A DNA stretch of 64,000 bases from a candidate division Kazan bacterium RIFCSPHIGHO2_01_FULL_44_14. GTDB lineage: Bacteria > Patescibacteriota > Kazan-3B-28. The stretch lies in NCBI GenBank assembly GCA_001771185.1, contig METB01000001.1, positions 375,200 to 439,199 of the forward strand, read 5' to 3'. Numbering within the stretch: position 1 is the first letter of the stretch; each line of letters begins with the position of its first letter. This document shows positions 56,905 through 64,000 of this stretch, one piece after another. The notes under the pieces are model-generated. The model had not been told where the DNA came from. It ran no database searches and saw only the letters and a list, made by a program, of their open reading frames with translations. The position numbers were made by a program, and so were the translations under genes.

Positions 56905-57225
56905 TTATTGTATCAAACTGATAGCCAAATTAATAATAGCGGTGGCAAGCCCAACAATAATCCCACCGACAATTGTGGCGGTAATGGTTTTCTTCCCGGC
57001 TTCGGCTTGACCAGTAATATATTGGATGCCGCCAAAAACCAGCATTAATACCATAATTAATCCGGCAATCCCCAGGATGTAAACTTGGAGTCCTTCAACG
57101 ATTGAAATAACTTTGTTAATCAGACCGGCAAGTTTGCTCATGCCGATTCCGGCTCCAACAGAAAGACCGGCGTTATTTGGTTGGGCATAGGCCGTCAGTA
57201 CCCATTTGGTAATCCAATTTATCAT
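56905..57225 (-). CDS. TrbC/VirB2-like pilin
   Basis: FGGIQYITG..EAGKKTI...IVG pattern; paralogue of the neighbouring gene. Confidence 0.78.
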   Translation of the reverse strand: MINWITKWVLTAYAQPNNAGLSVGAGIGMSKLAGLINKVISIVEGLQVYILGIAGLIMVLMLVFGGIQYITGQAEAGKKTITATIVGGIIVGLATAIINLAISLIQ

Positions 57226-58577
57226 TCGAGTTTGTTGATGTCTCTGACGGCTACATCAATGGCAACTTCGGGACTAATTTTGTCTTTAACTACACTATCA
57301 ATCATTCGGCCAAAAATACTTTCGATCTCGGGAGTGTTCTTACGATACCAGGATTTGGCATAGTCAATTTGTTGAGCGACTGGAGCGTAGTAGCGGCGAC
57401 TGGTCATGGTATCTTGAAGTTCTTTGCTGGCCGGGATGTGTCCGGTGGCGCGGAAGAAAGCACTTTGAGAATTGCGCTTGGTCATAAATTTGATAAAGTC
57501 CCAGGCCTCATTGGGATGCTGACTATTCTTAGAGACGGTCTCGCCCCAATAGTTAGCGATGGTGATTGGATTTTGGATTTGGCGTTGAGGCAGGACGGCC
57601 GTTTCGAATCGAAGTTTGGGAGCAAACTGTTGGATTAGCGGAACATGATAAGCGTAACCAAACATCATGGCGGCTTTCCCTTCGATAAAGGCCTGAACAT
57701 CGGAGGGGAAGACCCGACTGCCATCGGCATTTTTGGCATCAGTATAGGTATAGACGGGAGACCCTGGGGTAGCAAATTGAGTGTAGTAACTTAAGGCGTT
57801 TTGACTGGCCATAAAGGGTGGGTTGGTGTCAGGTGCTGGCAGATTAAAAGTCGCGGTGGTATGATCGGCCGAGGTCATTTCGGCACCATATTGCATCATT
57901 AGAGCAGCTAGGATATCAGCGGCTCGGGGGATACCATCATTACCGCCAAGGGTGATGGCGGAACGGGTAATATTGCCCCGGCTATCTTTTTCGGTGAGTT
58001 TGGGAATCAGATCAACTAGGTCCTGAAGCGTCCGTGGCGGTTGTTTGATTTTCTTGGCACTAAAGATGTCGGTGTTATAGAAGAGCATTAGGTCGTCTAT
58101 ATAGTAAGGTACTGCGTAGATGCGATTGTTAGAGATAAAGTCGGTTTGAACGACATCGGGGAAGAGATTTCGGTAATCCTTAACACTCATCAGACCGGCC
58201 GGCATCGGAGCAATCTGATTAATCTGGTAGGGGAGCCAGTCATTATGGAGCATGAACATGTCCGGGCCAGCACCGTCAGCGATTAATTTGATCAGATTCT
58301 GCTGATAGTCGTAAATAGTTTCGCCGGGCTTTAAACTGATTTTCTTTACCTCGATGGTAATGTTCGGGTGTTTACTGGTGTAACTGTTAATAAGTTCGTC
58401 GAGGGCATCGCTCTCATCCCATAGTCGCCAATACTCCAAAGTAATTGGTTCATTGGAAATGACCGGAGGCGCTTCGGTAGTATCACTGCTACCGCCTCTT
58501 TTGCACGACAAAGCAGTCAGGGAGACCCCAATTAAAAGGGCGAGAAAAATCGAGTAGAGACGGTGGCGGTTGGTCAT
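57222..58577 (-). CDS. Extracellular solute-binding lipoprotein (sugar ABC type)
   Basis: Lipobox ALSC, GPDMF, LFYNTDIF and AWDFIKF motifs. Confidence 0.88.
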   Translation of the reverse strand: MTNRHRLYSIFLALLIGVSLTALSCKRGGSSDTTEAPPVISNEPITLEYWRLWDESDALDELINSYTSKHPNITIEVKKISLKPGETIYDYQQNLIKLIADGAGPDMFMLHNDWLPYQINQIAPMPAGLMSVKDYRNLFPDVVQTDFISNNRIYAVPYYIDDLMLFYNTDIFSAKKIKQPPRTLQDLVDLIPKLTEKDSRGNITRSAITLGGNDGIPRAADILAALMMQYGAEMTSADHTTATFNLPAPDTNPPFMASQNALSYYTQFATPGSPVYTYTDAKNADGSRVFPSDVQAFIEGKAAMMFGYAYHVPLIQQFAPKLRFETAVLPQRQIQNPITIANYWGETVSKNSQHPNEAWDFIKFMTKRNSQSAFFRATGHIPASKELQDTMTSRRYYAPVAQQIDYAKSWYRKNTPEIESIFGRMIDSVVKDKISPEVAIDVAVRDINKLE

Positions 58578-59446
58578 TTGCGGTTTGCGAATCGGTTGAT
58601 TAATTGCTGACGAAGTTGAGGTTGGTCGAGGGCGTATTCAATAATGGTAGCGAGGTATGAAGCCGGGTCTCCGGTGGTGAGCCATTTCCCACCAACTACT
58701 TTGCGGGTGACAACCGGAGCGATTTTGATGAGATGTTTGATGGCGTCGGCGGTCCAAAATTCATTGTCTTTGCCGTGCCTAGTTTGTTTCAGAGCCCGAA
58801 AGATATCGGGAGTAAAAAGATAACGGCCAAATGATGCTAAATGAGAAGGGGCTTGTTGCGGTGAGGGCTTTTCGACAATGTCTTCTAGGAAAGGTGTATC
58901 CGACCGCAACTTTACTATGCCATATTTTGATACTTCTTTGCTATCTACTTCTTGTACGCCGATAATGCTACAGTGGTGTTTGCGGTAGGTGTCGATGAGT
59001 TGTTTGGAAAAAGAGATTTTTGATTTAACCAGATCGTCGCCAAAAGCGTAGATGAAGGGCTCGTTGCCAATCAGATCTTGAGCGGTAATCAAGGGGAGAG
59101 CATTGCCATAGCCCTCGATTTGTCGGACATAGACAAACTTGGCCAGTTTACTGATTTGTTTCATTTGCTGAACCAGGGCTTTTTTGCCTTGGGCAAGCAA
59201 CTGATGTTCCAGTTCAAAAGACGGATCAAAGTGATCTTCGACCGATTTCTTTTGCCAGTTAGTGACCAAGATGATTTCTTTGATTCCGGCATCATGCAGT
59301 TCCTCGGCGATGTACTGGACGATTGGTTTGTCGATGATTGGCAGCATTTCTTTGGGACTGGCTTTGGTGATTGGTAGAAACCGAGTGCCAAATCCAGCGA
59401 CAGCGATTACGGCTTTACGGACCGGGGGCAGTTTAGCGGGAGTCAT
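58574..59446 (-). CDS. galU: UTP--glucose-1-phosphate uridylyltransferase
   Basis: AGFGTRFLPITKASPKEMLPIIDKP and IVEKP motifs. Confidence 0.93.
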   Translation of the reverse strand: MTPAKLPPVRKAVIAVAGFGTRFLPITKASPKEMLPIIDKPIVQYIAEELHDAGIKEIILVTNWQKKSVEDHFDPSFELEHQLLAQGKKALVQQMKQISKLAKFVYVRQIEGYGNALPLITAQDLIGNEPFIYAFGDDLVKSKISFSKQLIDTYRKHHCSIIGVQEVDSKEVSKYGIVKLRSDTPFLEDIVEKPSPQQAPSHLASFGRYLFTPDIFRALKQTRHGKDNEFWTADAIKHLIKIAPVVTRKVVGGKWLTTGDPASYLATIIEYALDQPQLRQQLINRFANRK

Positions 59447-59879
59447 CTTGAATTTGAATTATTTTGGTATGACTAGTGGAAGCCAAAGGCATAATGATAG
59501 TTAAGATTCCATTATTTAGCGATGCTCGAGTGCGGTCTGGATCGATCGGTTTAGGGAGATCAACGGTTCGGCTTAAATTCCCCCAGTGGCATTCTTGGAG
59601 ATAGAAGTGTTCTTTCTCCTCGCTCCTACCTTGCCAACTGTTTTTGTTAATCGTTAATTGATTTGGGGTGATGGTGACACTAATATCGTGGATACCGGCT
59701 CCGGCAATCGGGGACCTAGCAATCAATTTGTTACCGGTTCGCAGTAGATCAACCGGAAGCTCGCTAGCATCGACACTATCAGTTGCCAAATCTTCGGCTT
59801 CAACTTCCTCACCATCACGAAAGGTGATGGTCTTACTCCCGGCCGACTGGTTTTGAGCGAAAAATGTATTGCGCAGCAT
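59433..59879 (-). CDS. Hsp20/alpha-crystallin family protein
   Basis: ECHWG.LSR.V.LP and ASLNNGILTI motifs. Confidence 0.85.
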   Translation of the reverse strand: MLRNTFFAQNQSAGSKTITFRDGEEVEAEDLATDSVDASELPVDLLRTGNKLIARSPIAGAGIHDISVTITPNQLTINKNSWQGRSEEKEHFYLQECHWGNLSRTVDLPKPIDPDRTRASLNNGILTIIMPLASTSHTKIIQIQDDSR

Positions 59880-59954
59880 CTCCTATCAATTATAAACTGC
59901 ATATCCTGAAGCGCAATTTCGGTAATGGTTTTGTTATAATAGGAATATCTATCA

Positions 59955-62279
59955 ATGATGAGACCGATAGCTTACATTTTGGCTGTTGGATTATTGGCTG
60001 GAGTGATTCAGCCGGTTCCGGTTGCTCAGGTTTTGGCGGCCAGCCAGTTTGCAGCTGAAGTGGTTTTGGTGGGTCCGTCACTTAATTTAAAAGCCGGGGC
60101 GATAGGGGGGTTTGAAGTGGTGGTCAGGAATGCCGGGACGACAACTTGGGCTAACACCGGAGCCAATGCGGTAAAACTAGGGACGATCAAGACCCAAGAT
60201 CACTCGGGTAAATTTTATCATTCGAGTTGGCTGTCTTCGAATCGGGTAGTCACGATGCAAGAGGATGTAGCGGCTACCGGACAACTGGCTCATTTTTCAA
60301 TTATGGTAATGGCTAGCGGGGGAGGCAAGACAATCGAACATTTTGGTCTGGTGATTGAAGGGGTAACTTGGATTGGCGGAATTGATATTCCGTTGACCAT
60401 TAATGTCCAGCCGGCGATATTCAAGACGGGATTGACCCAACAGTCGGTGAATAAGGTGACACTCAAGGCCAAAGAAACCACCACGGTCAGTGTCAGTTTT
60501 CAAAATTTGGGAGATATCGCTTGGCAAAATAGCGGAGGGGTAGCAGTAAAGATCGGGACAATATCCCCATTCGACCATGCCGGGAAGTTGTATCACTCAA
60601 GTTGGTTGAGCTCAAACCGGGTGACTTCGGCGAGTACAATCGTGGAACCAAATGGAACCGGAATATTTAATTTTACGATTCAGGCACCCAGTCAAGTTGG
60701 AACCTTCAAAGAAGAATTTGGTCTGGTGGCCGAAGGGGTAACTTGGTTTGATGCGCGATTTGGGTTAGAGGTTACGGTGGTCCCGGCAATTTACAGTGCC
60801 AAATATATTCAGCAATCGTCTGGGGTGATTTCTCTTTCGCCGGGAGACGGTTCGGTGTTGTGGGTGGACTTCCAAAATACCGGAAACACCACTTGGTCAG
60901 CCGAAGAAGTAAATGCAACAAGGTTAGGGACGGCCAGGACGCTGGACCGAGCCAGTGGATTTTATGACTCTAGTTGGTTATCGACCAACCGCACGGCCAC
61001 GATTACTCCTAGCCAAGTGAAACCGGGCGAAACAGCTCGTTTTACTTTTACGATTAAGGCGCCGGACCGAATTGGACAGTATCGGGAATATTTTCGAGTA
61101 GTAATCGAGGGAGTAAGTTGGTTGCCGGATGTCGGTTTATATTGGGACATCCATGTGGACGAAGAGTTGGTGATTGCTAGTCCGATTCGAGTTGGGATTA
61201 CTTCAACAACGAGTAGTATTACTGTTCAAGGCAACATGGCTATCCGGCGGGGCTCGGATAAAGGGCTGGTGCGCAAAGTTTATGGTGGGTCGGTTAGCGT
61301 TACTGCACTGAATTCTGGGTATCGATTGAGTACTGGGGAAGAAGTTAAAGATTATTTGCGGATCGTGCCAATTAATCAAGGGGTAATTAGTGTGTCGACT
61401 GACGGAGTTGGTTCTTATGACACTTTTCGGGGAATTGTTGAAGTCAGACGGTCAAGTTTGTCTAATAATGTTTGGGTGGTCAATACACTAGAGTTGGAGG
61501 ACTACTTAAAAGGGATTGCTGAAGTGCCAGACAGTTGGCCGGTAGAGTCGCAGAGAGCCCAGATGGTAGCGGCCAGAACTTTTGCAGCCAAGAAACGGTT
61601 GGCGCCCCGGGCCGATATTTTTGATATGTATGACGATACTCGGGATCAAGTTTATTACGGTTATGATTATGAAGTTCAAAAACCGAATCTAGTGGCGGCG
61701 GCTGAAGCCACTCGGGGGCTAGTGATTAAATATGGAGGACAACCAATCTCGGCTTATTTTTTCTCCGATAGCGGTGGGGCGACCGAGAATGTGGAAAATG
61801 TGTGGGGGAAGGGTAACCCGGCATCAGCCATTCCATATTTAAAGGGGGTACTGGATCCGTACGCTAAACCAATCGATTGGAGTGCTACATTAACCCAAGA
61901 TTATTTGCAAGGAAGATTTGATAGTCAACTGGGGATTGCAGCAAATGGTAGTGAAATTATCGACAAAATTGATGTGGTGGAGCGGTTCCCGTCTGGTCGG
62001 GCCAAGACAGTGAACTTTACCTTACGTAGCGGACGAGTGGTGGCGGTACCGTTTTATGATTTTGATTATCTAACTAACAATAATGATATTAAAAGTATGA
62101 ACTTTACGGTTCAAACAGTCGGGTTTGTTGATAAGCCCGACTTTATGTTTGTTGGTCAAGGATGGGGACACGGAGTGGGTTTGCCACAATGGGGAGCGAG
62201 ACGGATGGCCGAAGCTGGCAAGAATTTTCAGGAGATTTTAACTTACTACTACACCGGTGTCCAAATCGCCGCGCTTTGA
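59955..62279 (+). CDS. SpoIID/LytB lytic transglycosylase with three N-terminal Ig-like repeats
   Basis: Three N.G...W...SSWLS.NR...F repeats; VNTLELEDYLKG.AE, AQMVAART and GWGHGVG..QWGA motifs. Confidence 0.88.
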   Translation: MMRPIAYILAVGLLAGVIQPVPVAQVLAASQFAAEVVLVGPSLNLKAGAIGGFEVVVRNAGTTTWANTGANAVKLGTIKTQDHSGKFYHSSWLSSNRVVTMQEDVAATGQLAHFSIMVMASGGGKTIEHFGLVIEGVTWIGGIDIPLTINVQPAIFKTGLTQQSVNKVTLKAKETTTVSVSFQNLGDIAWQNSGGVAVKIGTISPFDHAGKLYHSSWLSSNRVTSASTIVEPNGTGIFNFTIQAPSQVGTFKEEFGLVAEGVTWFDARFGLEVTVVPAIYSAKYIQQSSGVISLSPGDGSVLWVDFQNTGNTTWSAEEVNATRLGTARTLDRASGFYDSSWLSTNRTATITPSQVKPGETARFTFTIKAPDRIGQYREYFRVVIEGVSWLPDVGLYWDIHVDEELVIASPIRVGITSTTSSITVQGNMAIRRGSDKGLVRKVYGGSVSVTALNSGYRLSTGEEVKDYLRIVPINQGVISVSTDGVGSYDTFRGIVEVRRSSLSNNVWVVNTLELEDYLKGIAEVPDSWPVESQRAQMVAARTFAAKKRLAPRADIFDMYDDTRDQVYYGYDYEVQKPNLVAAAEATRGLVIKYGGQPISAYFFSDSGGATENVENVWGKGNPASAIPYLKGVLDPYAKPIDWSATLTQDYLQGRFDSQLGIAANGSEIIDKIDVVERFPSGRAKTVNFTLRSGRVVAVPFYDFDYLTNNNDIKSMNFTVQTVGFVDKPDFMFVGQGWGHGVGLPQWGARRMAEAGKNFQEILTYYYTGVQIAAL

Positions 62280-62952
62280 TGGGGTGGTGTGGTTTATTAA
62301 AGAAGGGATAGCCCCATCTCGATGTGTTGGTTGCGGCAAAGTTGGGACTTGGCTGTGCACTGATTGTGCTAGCCAAATTTTATTTTTGAAGGTTCAAAAT
62401 TGTTATCGGTGCGGTCGGTTAATGCCTCGTGGGCGAACTTGTGACAATTGCCGTCGGCAGACGAATTTGGACGGAGTAGTGGTAGCGACCCATTTTGAAA
62501 TTGGTCCAATTCGTGAGTTGATTCACGAGTTGAAATACAGCGGAACAGTTGAGTTAGCTAATCTTCTGGGGGCAATGTTGGTGCGTACAATTTTAGTGAA
62601 TGAGTTGGCAGATTTTGTATTGGTGCCGGTCCCATTGCATGGCAAGCGGATAATTGAGCGAGGGTTTAACCAAGCCGAGCTTTTAACTCGCCAAATAATC
62701 GAACGGACGGGGATGGAAACTGAATTGATTTTGAGTCGGGTAAAGGCAACTTTGTCGCAAACCAAACTGACTCGGGTGGAACGGTTGAGAAATATTTCTG
62801 GGGCTTTTGAATGCCGAGTCGCGTTAGAGGGCATTAACATATTGTTGGTAGATGATGTGATGACAACAGGGGCAACCTTGGAGGAATGCGCTAAAACATT
62901 AAAACGAGCCGGGGCTAAACGGGTTTGGGGAGTGGTGGTTGCCAGAGGTTGA
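62257..62952 (+). CDS. comF: ComF family competence protein (double zinc ribbon plus PRTase)
   Basis: Four CxxC motifs, PVPLH, RGFNQA and LLVDDVMTTGAT. Confidence 0.92.
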   Translation: MSKSPRFDGVVWFIKEGIAPSRCVGCGKVGTWLCTDCASQILFLKVQNCYRCGRLMPRGRTCDNCRRQTNLDGVVVATHFEIGPIRELIHELKYSGTVELANLLGAMLVRTILVNELADFVLVPVPLHGKRIIERGFNQAELLTRQIIERTGMETELILSRVKATLSQTKLTRVERLRNISGAFECRVALEGINILLVDDVMTTGATLEECAKTLKRAGAKRVWGVVVARG

Positions 62953-63038
62953 TTTTATTTTTTCAAGCACCTGTGCGGTGCTTAACCCGCGACTACTTTT
63001 GTCTTGCCAAAAGTAGCCAAAAGCGCTGGCCAACATCC

Positions 63039-63127
63039 TCGGGTCTATTCATTGGCTAAATCGCTGGGCGCTTCCGCCGAACTCGTTGTTTCACTCCTCA
63101 AACAACGGCTTCGCCCCAAGCGATTTA
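63039..63127 (+). repeat. Dispersed structured repeat, copy B
   Basis: Matches 26523-26620; flanked by palindromes including CCTGCCTGCCGGTAGGCAGG. Confidence 0.7.
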
Positions 63128-63299
63128 GCTCAATTCAGCCTGCCTGCCGGTAGGCAGGAACGACCCTCGTTCTAGGGCCAATAAAGAATGGATTTAGATA
63201 CCTGGCTGGCTTGATGGGTCCCAACAGAAATAGACGACCTCGTTCCAAAGGGTCGTAAAATAAAAAGCCCGACGAGGGTCGGGCAAGATGAGATTGGCA

Positions 63300-63542
63300 C
63301 TAGAGGGCTGTTTCGAGATTGGTACAAAAACTTCTGCAGCCAAATAGGCCTTCGTGACGTTTGTGATTCTCGTCTTCTATGATGACGGGAGTTTCACCGC
63401 AGCCACCTTCTACGCGAGAAATGCCGAAAATCTCAATGACTCCATGTTCTGCAATACTTTCCAGACGCTCTTGGATTTCGGAGCTATATCCTTCGTCAAC
63501 ACCACGCACTAGCCAAATCCCTGGCTTTTCTGTCTCCGTCAT
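63300..63542 (-). CDS. Small hypothetical protein (possibly glutaredoxin-like fold)
   Basis: AAGGAG SD before ATG 63542; terminator hairpin at 63262-63284. Confidence 0.55.
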   Translation of the reverse strand: MTETEKPGIWLVRGVDEGYSSEIQERLESIAEHGVIEIFGISRVEGGCGETPVIIEDENHKRHEGLFGCRSFCTNLETAL

Positions 63543-63624
63543 GGTTCTACTCCTTACAAAGAACAAAAATAGAAGTCGGCTTGAGTATATCACTATTGGG
63601 GATAGGGGTTGATATAATGCTTTT

Positions 63625-64000
63625 ATGAACCCAAGTATTTTTCGGGCCTACGATATTAGAGGGGTTTACCCAACCGAGTTAGATGAGCAAGATGCTTATA
63701 AAATTGCTCGGGCAGTAGTTGAATATGCTCGTCCTAAAACTGTGGCTGTAGGTAGGGATGCTCGTTTGTCAGCACCGAGTATTGCTCAAGCAGTAATGTT
63801 GGGGTTTGAAGATAGTGGCTGTGAAGTGACGGATCTAGGGATGGTAGCTTCTGATATGGTGTCGTGGGCAAATGGAGCATTAGGATTTGATTTGACGGTG
63901 AGCGTGTCAGCATCGCATAACCCGAAAGAATGGATTGGGTTGAAATTTACTTGGCAGGGAGGATGTGCGATGGGTGGCGAGGGAGAATTGCAGGAAATCC
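63625..64000 (+). CDS. Phosphomannomutase/phosphoglucomutase, 3'-truncated
   Basis: Manual translation MNPSIFRAYDIRGVYP...VGRDAR.S...SASHNP. Confidence 0.93.
   Translation, partial: MNPSIFRAYDIRGVYPTELDEQDAYKIARAVVEYARPKTVAVGRDARLSAPSIAQAVMLGFEDSGCEVTDLGMVASDMVSWANGALGFDLTVSVSASHNPKEWIGLKFTWQGGCAMGGEGELQEI

Noticed and set aside
1-64000. CRISPR or other regularly spaced repeat array
   Set aside because: No repeat-spacer periodicity or cas-like ORFs seen; the repeats are dispersed palindromes.

Overview
Chromosomal segment of a small-genome bacterium. Gene content points to Patescibacteria/CPR (inference from short PolA lacking a proofreading domain, monoderm-type YidC, CPR-type VirB4/PrgI/VirB6/pilin cluster and FemX). 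It spans the replication origin (yidC-yidD-rnpA-rpmH | dnaA-oriC-dnaN-recF). It also holds an RNA-decay cluster (rnj, pnp, rpsO, nrnA), a surface-glycan locus, mutM/polA with accessory inserts, murE/femX/tsaD/valS, a T4SS-like/PilB cluster, four tRNAs with tadA, SpoIID, ComF and a partial phosphomannomutase. The most striking signal is a set of small mobile or palindromic DNA with no transposase in the window. (1) About 8 copies of an 80-280 bp element with CCCGTTAG...CTAACGGG terminal inverted repeats; the right end abuts an ATG/GTG, several copies have 5-6 bp target duplications, and one copy carries a GIY-YIG nuclease. (2) REP/REPIN-like doublets, one enclosing a second GIY-YIG gene. (3) A third GIY-YIG gene inserted at the 5' end of tRNA-Arg. 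(4) In-frame palindrome and heptamer insertions in MutM, PolA, TsaD and ValS. (5) Accessory genes accreted behind duplicated 3' ends of polA and mutM. All calls come from reading the sequence; no database searches were run.
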